In this document: positions 20,973 to 32,035 of the stretch, one piece after another
Position numbering within the stretch: position 1 is the stretch's first letter
Layout of the letters: the number at the start of each line of letters is the position of its first letter
Assembly: GCA_963749075.1 (NCBI GenBank)
Contig: CAVVLJ010000021.1
Coordinates: 256,001 to 320,000 of the forward strand
DNA: 64,000 nucleotides
Direction of reading: 5' to 3'
From: an uncultured Pseudomonadota bacterium
GTDB taxonomy: Bacteria; Pseudomonadota; Alphaproteobacteria; JACZXZ01
The notes under the pieces: generated by a model
Told to the model about the DNA's origin: nothing
Databases searched by the model: none
Seen by the model: only the letters and a program-made list of their open reading frames with translations
Made by a program: the position numbers and the translations under genes

Positions 20973-21572
20973 TTATAAAACATGGCTTCCTAATCCCGAA
21001 ACTGGTGGCCTTTGATCTAAATTCTTATACATCTCCCTCAACATCTCCGCAGCCCACCGCCGTTGTTGATGTGGTGATTTCGCACCTAGCCCCCTCAATG
21101 AGTGTGAATCTGTAATGACGTTGGTGAGCGGGTGGTCCTTCCGCATCATGTCTGGATGCGTCGCTAAAAACCAGGTAAGGAAAGCGGTTATTGCAAGTGG
21201 TGTCCGCGGACATTTGTATACAGTGAGATAGTCGACGCAAGCAGCAAAGAGTACAAACTCATTCGACCTGGGGTCAAATCGCTCAAGTTCAGTAAATGAA
21301 TCATTTCTTGCATGTTTGAAATAGTTATATGCTTCCCAAATCTTTTTGTGCCATTCCTTCTGATGCTGCTCAACAATGTAATCCTGCCAAATGTCACGGA
21401 CGCTTGTCGCGCCCTTGTGCGCGCAAACATCATAAAGGATTTGGCTCGCAGAACTCGCCAGTACATGAATTGAGATCGCATCATCATCGCAAAAGAACAA
21501 AACAATGGCTGTTTCAAGCTGTCGCGAAGCTGCTTCCTGCTTGGTGATATCGGTGCGTGCGCCATCCGTCAT
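20973..21572 (-). CDS. Hypothetical protein, possible HEPN-like fold
   Basis: K..AA.RQL.TAI.LFF...D.ISIH.LA and NYFKHA motifs; AT-rich. Confidence 0.65.
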   Translation of the reverse strand: MTDGARTDITKQEAASRQLETAIVLFFCDDDAISIHVLASSASQILYDVCAHKGATSVRDIWQDYIVEQHQKEWHKKIWEAYNYFKHARNDSFTELERFDPRSNEFVLFAACVDYLTVYKCPRTPLAITAFLTWFLATHPDMMRKDHPLTNVITDSHSLRGLGAKSPHQQRRWAAEMLREMYKNLDQRPPVSGLGSHVL

Positions 21573-22060
21573 TAGCGGGGCGAGTCCAGTACGGCTCTCA
21601 ACGCGGCGAGGAGGACGTAGCCACGGGGATGGATATAGCGGCCGATGGGCGTGGCGCAGAGCAAGCGCCCAAGCCAGCCGAGGTTCTGGCGGAGGTCAGC
21701 ACGGAAAGCGGCCAGGGCGGTGGAGACGCCGGGAGCAAGAAAGGGGTAGAACACGTCGCCCATCACGACCGGCAGGGCTTCGCGGGCTTCGCGAAGGACA
21801 TAGGTTGCGACCGAGTCAATGTCGATCACTTCCCCGTCTTTCAGGGTACGTATCCCGATCCACGGGCCACCCCTGCCGCCATCCGCAACAATTCGGCCCT
21901 GTGGGACCGCCACCATCCTATTAAAGCCTTCTTCTGAGATCGCGCCGTCGTTCCGCAGCCTTTCAAATGCGCGGTATTGCCAATCACACAGCAGCTGGAA
22001 TGCCCTCCCATATTTCGCATCCCCTGCGGCAGCAACCACTCTTGCCGTTTCGATGTCCAT
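21572..22060 (-). CDS. Hypothetical protein
   Basis: 162-aa ORF. Its stop overlaps the next start (TAATG). Confidence 0.55.
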   Translation of the reverse strand: MDIETARVVAAAGDAKYGRAFQLLCDWQYRAFERLRNDGAISEEGFNRMVAVPQGRIVADGGRGGPWIGIRTLKDGEVIDIDSVATYVLREAREALPVVMGDVFYPFLAPGVSTALAAFRADLRQNLGWLGRLLCATPIGRYIHPRGYVLLAALRAVLDSPR

Positions 22061-22302
22061 CGGACGGAATGCTCCAGTAGCGAGGCCCGCGCTTTCAGCT
22101 GATCATTACAAGAACCCCAACCCAGTCGTCTTGTCGCCGCAATGCCGACAAACAGATTACATCTTACAACGGTATTTGCCGGCACAGAGTTTTGGCGCTA
22201 GGTTGCCGCTCGGTTTGCGGATCGAGCCGTACCCCCCGCGCGGAGATCGGTAAGACCAGCGGCCCTGAGCCTATAGAGAGCCTAGAGAATTTTGTAAAAT
22301 GT

Positions 22303-22315
22303 TAACTCATTGATA
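22303..22315 (-). promoter_or_regulatory. IHF-consensus site in the right att arm
   Basis: The reverse complement TATCAATGAGTTA fits WATCAANNNNTTR. Confidence 0.65.
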
Positions 22316-22327
22316 TTATTTAGAAAT

Positions 22328-22402
<75 letters not shown>

Positions 22403-22414
22403 TAAGCTTCGAAG

Positions 22415-23170
22415 TGACGTGCTCCCCTTCGGTCCCTCACTGATAATGAGAAGTCCTGGGTTTTCATACAGTCTCCGCCTGCGCGATGGTAGCGGGCGAT
22501 CGGCGGAGCTGGCCGGGGTTGCGCAGCCGATCGCCCGCGGCTTGGATGCGCACGGCCTCAGGGGTGGGGCCGCCGTGCGCCGAATGCGGCCGCACCTGGT
22601 TGTAATCTCGACGCCAGCGCTCGATGACCGCCCGGGCTTCGGCGAGGCCGGCGAAGACCTCCTCATTCAGGCATTCGTCGCGGAAGCGGCCGTTGAAGCT
22701 CTCGACGAAGGCGTTCTGCACCGGCTTTCCCGGCGCGATGTAGTGCCAGTCGATGCCGGTGCGGTTGCTCCGCTCGAGCACGGCGCGTGAGGTCAGCTCG
22801 GTGCCATTGTCCGAGACGGTCGTAGCAGGTCGGCCACGCCGGGCGATGAGGGTGTCGAGCTCGCGCACGACTCGCAGGCCGCCGATCGAGGTGTCGACGA
22901 CCAGGGCCAACGCCTCGCGGGTGAAGTCATCGACCACCGCGAGCACCCTGATCCGGCGCCCCCAGCCGAGCATGTCGGCGACGAAGCCGAGCGACCAGCG
23001 CTGGTTCGGGCCCTGGGGGAGCGCCAGCGGCGCCCGCGTGCCGGTGGCGCGCTTGCGGCCGCGCCGGCGGCGCACGCTCAGCCCTTCATCCCGGTAGAGC
23101 CGCAGCAGCTTCTTGTGGTTCATCACCATTCCCTCCCGTGCCGGCAGAATGCCGAGCCGGCGATAGCCGG
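22415..23170 (-). mobile_element. IS3-family (IS407-like) remnant: one terminal IR plus truncated orfB
   Basis: TGACGTGCTCCCC end, GYRRL, NHKK..RLYR.EGL, SDNGTE, PGKP.QN and ESFNGRFRDECL. The first catalytic Asp reads Gly (WSLGF). No orfA. Confidence 0.88.
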
Positions 23171-23317
23171 GCTGCTTTGCCGCGATTACGGATGTAATCT
23201 CCCTTCTGATAAGCTTCACTGGGATCATTGGGAGCCACAGCACGTGAACGGTCTTGCGGCCACGGTCATGACGGGGCGATCGTGGCTTGGCGATGAGGGC
23301 GGGCAATTCGGAGCCGC

Positions 23318-24715
23318 ATGATGGACCGCATCGAGAACCGGACCTTTGACGAGATGAAGCCGGGAGATTCGGCGAGCCTCGTGCGGACGCTCACCCATAA
23401 GGACATCGAGCTCTTCGCCATCATGTCGGGGGACGTCAACCCCTCGCACGTGGACGAGGAGTTCGCCAAGAGCGACATGTTCCACAGGGTGGTGGCCCAC
23501 GGCATGTGGGGCGGCTCGCTGATCTCGGCGGTGCTCGGAACCGAGCTCCCGGGTCCCGGAACCGTCTATATCGAGCAATCTCTGCGTTTCCACCGGCCCG
23601 TCGGCCTGGGCGACACGATCACGGTGACGGTGACCGTGAAGAGCAAGACCGCAGAAAAGCATCGCGTCATCTTCGACTGCCGCGCCGCGAACCAGCGCGG
23701 CGAGGTGGTCATCTCCGGCACGGCCGAGGTCATTGCGCCGACCGAGAAGGTTTCCCGCGAGCGTATCGTCCTCCCCGAAGTCGAGCTCAAGGAGACGGGC
23801 CGGCGCTATAGGCGCCTGATCGAGATGACCCGCGGCCTCGCGCCGATCCGTACCGCGGTCGTCCACCCGGTCGACACGCCCTCCCTGCTCGGCGCCGTCG
23901 AAGCGGCGCGCGCCAATCTCATCGTGCCGGTGCTGGTGGGGCCTGAGGCCAGGATCCGCGCCGCCGCGGCCGAGGCCCGGCTCGATCTGGCGACTTACGA
24001 GATCGTAGCTAAGGAGCACAGCGAGGCCGCGGCGGCCGAGGCCGTCGCCATGGCCCGCGCCGGCAAGGTCGAGGCGCTCATGAAGGGTGCCCTCCATACG
24101 GACGAGCTCATGCATGCGGTCGTCGACGGCGAGCGCGGCTTGCGCACCTCCCGGCGCATCAGCCACGTCTTCGCGATCGACGCGCCCGGCTATCCGAGGG
24201 CGCTTTTCGTCACCGACGCGGCGATCAACGTCTATCCCACGCTGGAGGAGAAGCGCGACATCGTCCAGAACGCGATCGATCTGGCGCACGCGCTCGGCAT
24301 CGCGGAGCCGCGCGTGGCGATCCTCTCGGCGGTCGAGACCGTGACGGAGAAGGTCAAGTCCACGCTCGACGCCGCAGCGCTCTGCAAGATGGCCGACCGC
24401 CGCCAGATCACCGGCGGCATCCTCGACGGCCCGCTCGCCTTCGACAATGCCGTCTCCCTGGAGGCGGCCAAGACGAAGGGGATCGTCTCGCCGGTCGCCG
24501 GCCGGGCCGACATCTTCGTGGTGCCGGACCTCGAGGCCGGCAACATGCTGGCGAAGCAGCTCGAGTACCTTGCAGGCGCGCAAATGGCCGGCATCGTGCT
24601 CGGCGCGCGCGTGCCGATCATACTGACGAGCCGCGCCGACAAGACCCTCGCGAGGCTCGGCTCGTGCGCCATCGCACTGCTGCTGGCGCGCCACAAGTCG
24701 GGGGCCAAGCCGTGA
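23318..24715 (+). CDS. Bifunctional MaoC (R)-enoyl-CoA hydratase / phosphate acetyl(butyryl)transferase
   Basis: SGDVNPSH, AHGMW and LPGPG (MaoC), then LMKG, TDAAIN, DGPLAFDNA and TSRAD (Pta/Ptb). Confidence 0.93.
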   Translation: MMDRIENRTFDEMKPGDSASLVRTLTHKDIELFAIMSGDVNPSHVDEEFAKSDMFHRVVAHGMWGGSLISAVLGTELPGPGTVYIEQSLRFHRPVGLGDTITVTVTVKSKTAEKHRVIFDCRAANQRGEVVISGTAEVIAPTEKVSRERIVLPEVELKETGRRYRRLIEMTRGLAPIRTAVVHPVDTPSLLGAVEAARANLIVPVLVGPEARIRAAAAEARLDLATYEIVAKEHSEAAAAEAVAMARAGKVEALMKGALHTDELMHAVVDGERGLRTSRRISHVFAIDAPGYPRALFVTDAAINVYPTLEEKRDIVQNAIDLAHALGIAEPRVAILSAVETVTEKVKSTLDAAALCKMADRRQITGGILDGPLAFDNAVSLEAAKTKGIVSPVAGRADIFVVPDLEAGNMLAKQLEYLAGAQMAGIVLGARVPIILTSRADKTLARLGSCAIALLLARHKSGAKP

Positions 24716-25909
24716 GCGACGCCATCCTCGTCCTCAACGCCGGCTCGTCGAGCATCAAGTTCTCCGTCTTCCCGGGCCATGCGCGGCCGAGCCGCGAGGG
24801 CCTCATCTGCGCGGGCGAGCATGAAGGGATCGGCCACCGCGTGCATTTCACGGCGAAGGACCGCGCCGGCGCGTCGCTGGTCGACGAGTATCTCGCGGCA
24901 GGGACCGCTCACGAGGAGGCGCTCGCCGTGCTTCTGCGCTGGCTGGAACGCCGATATCCGGACGAGCGCCTGGTCGCGGTCGGCCATCGGGTGGTGCATG
25001 GCGGATCGCGCTATACGGCGCCGGTCCGCATCGACGCCTCGGTGATCGCCGAGCTCCGCCGTCTCATTCCGCTGGCGCCGCTCCATCAGCCCCATCACCT
25101 TGCCGCCATCGCGGCCGTGTCGAAGCTGCACCCGACGCTTGCCGCAGATCGCCTGCTTCGACACCGCCTTCCACCATACAGAGCCGGCACTCGCCACCGC
25201 CTTCGCCCTGCCGCGCCGGCTCACGGCCGAGGGTGTCAGGCGCTACGGATTTCACGGCCTCTCTTACGAATATATAGCCAGCACCCTTCCGGACGTCCTC
25301 GGTCCGGCAGCCGCGGATGGCCGCGTGGTCGTCGCCCACCTCGGCAGCGGCGCCAGCATGTGCGCGATGCGCGCACGCCAGAGCGTGGCAACGACCATGG
25401 GCTTCACGGCACTCGATGGCCTGCCGATGGGCCGCCGCTGCGGCAACCTCGACCCGGGGGTCATTCTCTACCTCTTGCAGGAGAAGGGCATGACGGCGGC
25501 CGAGGTCAGCGATCTTCTCTATCGCGACTCCGGCCTCTTCGGCGTCTCCGGCATCAGCGACGACATGCGGACGCTCCTGGCCAGCGACCGTCCGTCGGCG
25601 GCGGAGGCGGTGGCGCTCTTCGTCTACCGCATCGGCCGCGAGCTCGGCTCCCTGGCCGCGGCTCTCGGCGGCCTCGACGCGCTGATCTTCACCGCGGGAA
25701 TAGGCGAGCGCGCGCCCGAGATCAGGCGCCGGGTCTCAGCGGACGCCGCCTGGCTCGGCGTGCGTCTCGACGAAAGTGCCAATGCGGCCGGCGGTCCGCG
25801 GATCGCCCTTGCGGGCAGCCGGACGTCGGTCTGGGTCATTCCGACGGACGAGGATCTGATGATCGCGCGGCACGCCTGGACGGTGTTGAACGCACAGGCA
25901 GCCGCTTGA
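24712..25909 (+). CDS. ackA: Acetate/propionate kinase, frameshifted near 25140
   Basis: LNAGSSSIK, GHRVVHGG and LAPLHQ in one frame; FDTAFH, YGFHGLSY, HLGSGAS and FTAGIGE in the next. One extra T in ACGCTTGCCG explains the shift. Confidence 0.88.
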
Positions 25910-25945
25910 GAGGCATGGCTGAGACGCCATCGAGGAGAGAGCGAC

Positions 25946-26275
25946 ATGGCAGAGACTGGCTCGCATCCGGAGTTGGAGATGCGCCTCACGGCCTTGGCGG
26001 CGCGCATCGCCGAGCTCAGGCTGAAGATGGCTCGGGCGAAGGGCCTCGAGAAGATCGAGGCGTTCGGCGAGATCGATGAATTGGAGCGGCGCCGCAAGAC
26101 GCTCGAGGAGCAGGTCCAAAGGCTCACGCGCGCGGGGCCGGGCTTCCGGCAGGACGTGAAGATCGAAATCGAGAAGATGGCCGGCGACCTCAAGGACACC
26201 GTCGAGGATTTCGTGATGTGGCTCGATTCGGGCTCGCGGCCCGACCGGCGTCCGAAGGGGCTGGGCGGGTCCTAG
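25946..26275 (+). CDS. Small coiled-coil hypothetical protein
   Basis: GAGGAG RBS, charged heptad pattern, inside the operon. Confidence 0.7.
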   Translation: MAETGSHPELEMRLTALAARIAELRLKMARAKGLEKIEAFGEIDELERRRKTLEEQVQRLTRAGPGFRQDVKIEIEKMAGDLKDTVEDFVMWLDSGSRPDRRPKGLGGS

Positions 26276-26370
26276 CTGCGCTCTCGGCAGACTCCCCGAT
26301 CCGAGGCGCTCGACGCGGCGCGATCGCGGCCCGCCTCGCTGCTGGCGGAGCCAACTGGCAAGAGGCCGAC

Positions 26371-28831
26371 ATGACGAAGGAACCGACGACGGAAGACGCC
26401 GCTGGCGGGAAGGCCCCGATCCAGGCCAACGAAGAACACCGACGGTCTGACCGAGGCCGAGGCGGCACGGCGGCTTGCCCAATATGGCGAGAACGCCCTT
26501 GCCGAGCATCACGTCAGCACGTTCGAGCGGCTCGCCCGTTTCTTCTGGGGACCGATTCCCTGGATGATCGAGATCGCGGCGATCCTTTCGGCCGTGCTCG
26601 GCCATTGGGCCGACCTCGCCATCATCCTCGCGATGCTCTTCATCAATGCGGGCGTCGGCTTCTGGCAGGAATTCAAGGCCGACAACGCCATAGCACTGCT
26701 GAAGCAGCGCCTGGCGCTCAGGGCGCGCGTGCGCCGCGACGGCGCCTGGAAGGACGTCGAGGCAAAACTCCTGGTTCCGGGCGACGCCGTGCTGGTGGAG
26801 CTCGGCAATATCATTCCCGCGGATTTGAAGCTGATCGGCGGCGCCTATCTCAGCGTCGACCAGTCGGCACTGACCGGGGAATCGCTGCCGGTCGACAAGA
26901 AGGTCGGAGACGAAGCCTATTCCGGCTCGATCGCCAAGCAGGGCGAGATGACCGGCATCGTCACCGCCACCGGCATGAAGACCTATTTCGGCAAGACGGC
27001 CCGGCTCGTCGAGCAGGCCAAGACGGTCTCGCACTTCCAGCGCGCCGTGCTGCGCATCGGCAACTTCCTCATCCTGGTGACGGTCGGTTTGGTCTGCGTC
27101 ATCGTGCTCGCGGCTCTTTTCCGCCACGACCCGGTGATCGAGACCGTGCAGTTCGCCCTCATCCTCACCATCGCCTCGATCCCGGTCGCCCTGCCGGCCG
27201 TCCTTTCCGTCACCATGGCGGTCGGCGCCGAGCGTCTGGCGGCGTTCAAGGCGATCGTCTCGCGCCTCGTCGCGATCGAAGAGATGGCGGGCATGGACAC
27301 GCTGTGCAGCGACAAGACCGGCACGCTGACCAAGAACGAGCTGACCCTTGGCGACCCGGAGCCCGCCAAAGGCGTCACGCGCGACGACCTCATTCTCGCG
27401 GCGGCCTTGGCGTCGAGGCGCGATGCGCCCGACGCCATCGATGCGGCGATCCTCGCAGGCGCCCCCTCGGCCCAGCTTCTCGACGGCTACACGGTGAAGG
27501 CGTTCCATCCTTTCGACCCCGTGGCGAAGCGGGCGGAGGCGGAGATCGAGCATGGCGGCGGCCGTTTCAAGGTCGTCAAGGGCGCGCCGCAAGTGATCGT
27601 CGACCTCTGTAAGCCCAGCGACGAGGAGCGCCAAGCGATCGGCGCAAGCGTCGACCGCGACGCGGCCAAGGGATTCAGGACCCTGGGCGTGGCGCGCGCC
27701 GACGCCGCCGGCACCTGGCGCTATCTCGGACTCCTGCCGCTCTTCGATCCGCCGCGGGACGATTGCGCCGCGACCATTGCTGCGGCCCGCGCGATGGGCG
27801 TCGACATCAAGATGGTCACGGGCGATCACGAGGCGATCGCCAGGCAAATCGCCGGCCAGCTCAAGCTCGGGCAGAACATCGTCGTCGCCGACAGCGTCTT
27901 CGGGCAAGCCGACGCCGGCGAGCAGCTATCCCGCATCGTCGCCGCCGACGGCTTTGCGCGCGTTTTTCCAGAGGACAAGTACAAGATCGTCAAGGCGCTC
28001 CAGAGCACCGGGCATATCATCGGCATGACGGGCGACGGGGTAAACGACGCGCCGGCGCTCAAGCAGGCCGATGTCGGCATCGCGGTCAGCGGCGCAACCG
28101 ACGCCGCGCGCGCCGCAGCCGACCTCGTGCTGACGGCGCCCGGCCTCTCGGTCATCACGACGGCGATCGAGGAGGCCCGCCGCATCTTCGAGCGCATGAA
28201 CAGCTATGCCATGTACCGCATCGCGGAGACCATGCGGCTCCTCTTCTTCATGACGGCGAGCATCCTGATCTTCAACTTCTATCCGGTCAACGCGATCATG
28301 GTCGTGCTCTTGGCCCTGCTCAACGACCTGCCGATCATGATGATCGCCTACGACAACGCGCCCATAGCCCCGCGCCCGGTGCGCTGGGACATGGTGCGGG
28401 TTCTGACCATCGCCTCGGCGCTGGGCGGTTACGGCGTGATCGAGAGCTTCGGCATGTTCTGGATCGTCCGCGACTATCTCGCGCTGTCCTTGCCGCTCGT
28501 CCAGGCCCTCATCTTTCTCAAGCTCCTGGTGTCGGGCCACATGACGATCTACCTCACGCGCAACAAGGGTCCGATCTGGGAGCGCCCGTGGCCGAGCTGG
28601 AAGCTGGTGGTTCCCTGCGAGACGACCCAGCTCATCGGCACGCTGGTCGTGGTCTATGGCTGGTTCATGGCACCCACTGGCTGGCTCTACGTGCTCATGG
28701 TCTGGGGCTATACGCTCGTCTCGTTCTTCGTGGCGAGTGCCATCAAGATCGGCGCTTATGGGCTGCTGGATCACCGTGCCGCCAGCCAGGCCCGCCATCT
28801 CCTGCGCGTGGAAGGCCGCATCGCTTCGTGA
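26371..28831 (+). CDS. Plasma-membrane proton-efflux P-type ATPase (P3A), frameshifted near 26420-26440
   Basis: GLTEAEA..RL..YGEN, FWGPIPWMIE, ALTGES, IPVALP, CSDKTGT, MTGDGVNDAPALK and LLND. The ATG at 26371 is out of frame by one base. Confidence 0.9.
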
Positions 28832-28925
28832 GCGCGAAAGCGGCGCCAATGTTGCTGCTCACGGCTTTTGCCGCCCAGGCCGGCCGCCCTAGGCCTTCGG
28901 GCATGTCGATATAGAAGGAACAGCC

Positions 28926-30041
28926 ATGCCCAAGAAGCCCTCCGTCAAATCCTCGGAGCTCTCCCTCATGAGCGTCCCGGCCTTCTGGCCGATGGCGATG
29001 GCGAGCGCAATGCTCGAGGAGGGCACCGAGCTCTATGCCAAGAACCTCAAGTTCGCCGAGGAGGAGATCAAGATTCACGACGAGCTGAGACCCACCCTCG
29101 CGACGCCGAACCAGGTGCGTCTCGATCTGCGCACCATGGTGCTGCGCGATTACGGCAAGCCGGGCGGCATTCCGACGCTCGTCGACGCGCCCCATGCCGG
29201 TCATACCGCCATGATCGCCGACTATCACAAAGGCCAGAGCCTGGTCGAGACCCTGCTGGCCAACGGCATCGGCCACGTGGCGCTCACCGACTGGAAGTCG
29301 GCCACCGAGGACATGAAGGATCTGGACATCGACAGCTACTTGGCCGAGGTCGTCGTTGCGATCGACGATCTCGGCGGCCGCGTCAATCTTGTCGGACTTT
29401 GTCAGGGCGGCTGGCTCTCGGCGATGATCGCGGCGCGCTTTCCCGCCAAGGTGAACGCGCTCGTGCTCGCGGGCGCACCCATCGACACCGACGCCGGCAA
29501 CGGCCCGATCAAGCGCATGGTGAAGGAGTCCCCGATCTCGTTCTACGAGGAGCTGGTCGAGCTCGGCGGCGGCCTGATGAAAGGCAAATTCATGCTGCAG
29601 GGCTGGAAGAACATGCACCCCGGGCAGCACTACATCCAGGACCACATCGATCTCTACGAGCACATCGACGACCCGGCCTATCTCGCCAAGGAGGAGACCT
29701 TCGAGAGCTGGTACGAGAACCCGATCGACTTGCCGGGGCGCTGGTACCTCCAGGCGATCACCCAGCTCTTCAAGGAGAACCGGCTCGCCAAGGGGACGTT
29801 CGTCGGCTTGGGCCGCAGGCTCGAGCTCCGCAATATCACCTGCCCGGCCTACCTTTTGGCCGGTGCGGCCGACGACATCACGACGCCCGAGCAGGTCCTC
29901 GATGCGGCGAAATATATCGGGACGCCGAAAGACCGCATCGTTCAGAAGACGGTGCCGGGCGGCCATATCGGGCTCTTCATGGGAGTGCGCACGCTCAAGG
30001 AGCATTGGCCGGAGATCGCCCGCTGGATCGCCTCCCGCTAA
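28926..30041 (+). CDS. PHA synthase / intracellular PHB depolymerase-like alpha/beta hydrolase
   Basis: AP.AGH, LTDW, GLCQGG (Cys nucleophile box), APID, DLPGRWY, DDIT and GGHIGLF. Confidence 0.8.
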   Translation: MPKKPSVKSSELSLMSVPAFWPMAMASAMLEEGTELYAKNLKFAEEEIKIHDELRPTLATPNQVRLDLRTMVLRDYGKPGGIPTLVDAPHAGHTAMIADYHKGQSLVETLLANGIGHVALTDWKSATEDMKDLDIDSYLAEVVVAIDDLGGRVNLVGLCQGGWLSAMIAARFPAKVNALVLAGAPIDTDAGNGPIKRMVKESPISFYEELVELGGGLMKGKFMLQGWKNMHPGQHYIQDHIDLYEHIDDPAYLAKEETFESWYENPIDLPGRWYLQAITQLFKENRLAKGTFVGLGRRLELRNITCPAYLLAGAADDITTPEQVLDAAKYIGTPKDRIVQKTVPGGHIGLFMGVRTLKEHWPEIARWIASR

Positions 30042-30251
30042 GCGCCGAGAGCTCTGCAGCCCCCAAGCCTTGCCGGCGCCATGCGACGGGCCCTCTGCAG
30101 GCCGCCGGCCCGTCGCGGACATGACAGCGAATTAAGACAACGGAAGGCCGGGCGTAATGCCGCGACACCATGTGATGGGGCAGTGCCCGCGCGGCCTGAC
30201 GCGAGGCCGGCGGCTCCATACGCGCCATCCAACTGGAATGAGAGGTCAATC

Positions 30252-31835
30252 ATGTTGTCGAAACTATCGCCGCGCTGGGACGGAATGCGCGCATTCCGGC
30301 GTCCGCGCATGGCCGCGCTCGCGACGGGCGTGGCACTTGCCTTGGTGCTCGCTCCGGTCGTCGGCCTGGAGTGGGCGCACGCCGGGACCGCGGCCGCGGA
30401 AACGGCCATGGTGCAGCTGCCGAGCCTCTCGCCGCTGGTCAAGAAGGTCATGCCGGCGGTCGTCAACATCTCGGTGCTCGAAAAGGCGGGCGCCGGCGAT
30501 GAGACCGCCGAGTCCGGCCCCAATGTGCAGCCCGGTCCGATGCCGAGCTTTCCCGAGGGATCGCCGTTCAACGACTTTCTGAAGAAGTTCTTCCAGGAGC
30601 AGGGCATCAAGCCGAACGCGCCCGAGGGTCAGACCGCGCCCGAGCCGCACGCGCAGCGCATGGCGCTCGGCTCCGGGTTCATCATCGATCCCTCCGGCCT
30701 CGTCGTCACCAACAACCACGTCGTGGACGGCGCCAAGCGGGTGACGGTGGTGCTGCAGGACGGCACCAAATACGCGGCAAAGATCCTGGGCCGCGATGCC
30801 AAGACGGATCTGGCGCTCCTCAAGATCGATGCCGGTCACGCGCTGCCCTATGTCGCGTGGGGCGACAGCGGCAGCGAGCAGGTCGGCGACTGGGTGGTCG
30901 CCATCGGCAACCCGTTCGGCCTCGGCGGCACCGTGAGTGCCGGCATCGTCTCGGCGCGCGGCCGCGACATCCACTCGGGCCCCTACGACGACTTCCTGCA
31001 GATCGACGCTCCGATCAACCGCGGCAATTCCGGCGGTCCCACCTTCAACCTCGAGGGCCGGGTGATCGGCATCAACACGGCGATCTACTCGCCGAGCGGC
31101 GGCAGCGTCGGCATCGGCTTTGCGATCCCCTCGGATCTCGCCAAGCCGATCATCGCGCAGCTGCGCGAGCACGGCAAAGTGAGCCGCGGCTGGCTCGGCG
31201 TGCAGATCCAGGAGGTGACGCCGGCGATCGCCGCGGGTCTCGGCCTGCCGAATGACCACGGTGCGCTCGTCGCCGACGTGACCAAGGACAGCCCGGCGGC
31301 CAAGGCCGGCGTCAAGCAGGGCGACGTGATCGAGGCCTTCGACGGCCACGATGTCGCGAAGATGCGCGACCTTCCCATCATGGTGGCCGAGACGGCCGTG
31401 GGCACCAACGCCAAGGTGGAGGTCTGGCGCAAGGGCCAGGAGATGACCCTGGGGCTCAAAATCGCCGAGCAGCCGGGCAATCTCCAGCTCGCATCGAACG
31501 AAGGCGGCCAGTCGGCTACGCCGGAGAAGTCTAGCGCCTTGGGCGTTGAGCTCGAGGCCCTCACGCCGGAGCGGCGCCAGCAGCTCCAGGTGGGCTCGGA
31601 CGTGAAAGGCGTGGTGGTCGGCTCGATCTCCGAGTCGAGTCCGCTCTCCAACGCCGATCTGCAGCCGGGCAACGTCATCGTCTCGATCAATCAGCACCCG
31701 GTGACCACGCCCGAAGAGGCGATGGCGATGCTCAAGGAGGGCGATGCCGGAGCCAACCAGCACCTTCTCTTTCTCTTGAACCGGCACGGCGTCAACGAGT
31801 ACGTCGCCTGGTCCAAGCAGGCGAGCGAAGGCTAA
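30252..31835 (+). CDS. DegP/DegQ (Do) family serine endopeptidase
   Basis: Signal peptide, LGSGFII, TNNHV, DLAL, INRGNSGGP and two PDZ domains. Confidence 0.94.
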   Translation: MLSKLSPRWDGMRAFRRPRMAALATGVALALVLAPVVGLEWAHAGTAAAETAMVQLPSLSPLVKKVMPAVVNISVLEKAGAGDETAESGPNVQPGPMPSFPEGSPFNDFLKKFFQEQGIKPNAPEGQTAPEPHAQRMALGSGFIIDPSGLVVTNNHVVDGAKRVTVVLQDGTKYAAKILGRDAKTDLALLKIDAGHALPYVAWGDSGSEQVGDWVVAIGNPFGLGGTVSAGIVSARGRDIHSGPYDDFLQIDAPINRGNSGGPTFNLEGRVIGINTAIYSPSGGSVGIGFAIPSDLAKPIIAQLREHGKVSRGWLGVQIQEVTPAIAAGLGLPNDHGALVADVTKDSPAAKAGVKQGDVIEAFDGHDVAKMRDLPIMVAETAVGTNAKVEVWRKGQEMTLGLKIAEQPGNLQLASNEGGQSATPEKSSALGVELEALTPERRQQLQVGSDVKGVVVGSISESSPLSNADLQPGNVIVSINQHPVTTPEEAMAMLKEGDAGANQHLLFLLNRHGVNEYVAWSKQASEG

Positions 31836-31849
31836 GCACGAAGCTGGAG

Positions 31850-31884
31850 CGGCCGCCGGCGTGACGAGCGCCGGCGGCCGTTTC
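31850..31884 (+). terminator. GC-rich hairpin after degP, probable intrinsic terminator
   Basis: CGGCCGCCGGCG-N7-CGCCGGCGGCCG followed by TTTC. Confidence 0.6.
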
Positions 31885-32035
31885 GTGCGACCGGGGGCTC
31901 GACACGTCTTGCCTGGAAGCGAGCGAAGACGCCCGATCGACACCCATGTCCTCACCCATCCACCGCTTCCGCATCGTCCCGCTCGACGATGCGGTACGGC
32001 GTCCGCCGCCGGGTCTTGGGAAAATGGCGGCGCCG

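Noticed and set aside
25130-25150. Programmed frameshift or true pseudogene in ackA (also the ATPase near 26430 and dppD near 54880)
   Set aside because: Each is a single extra base (T to TT in two cases) in an otherwise intact gene, with no slippery heptamer. Long-read consensus error is more likely; read mapping would decide.
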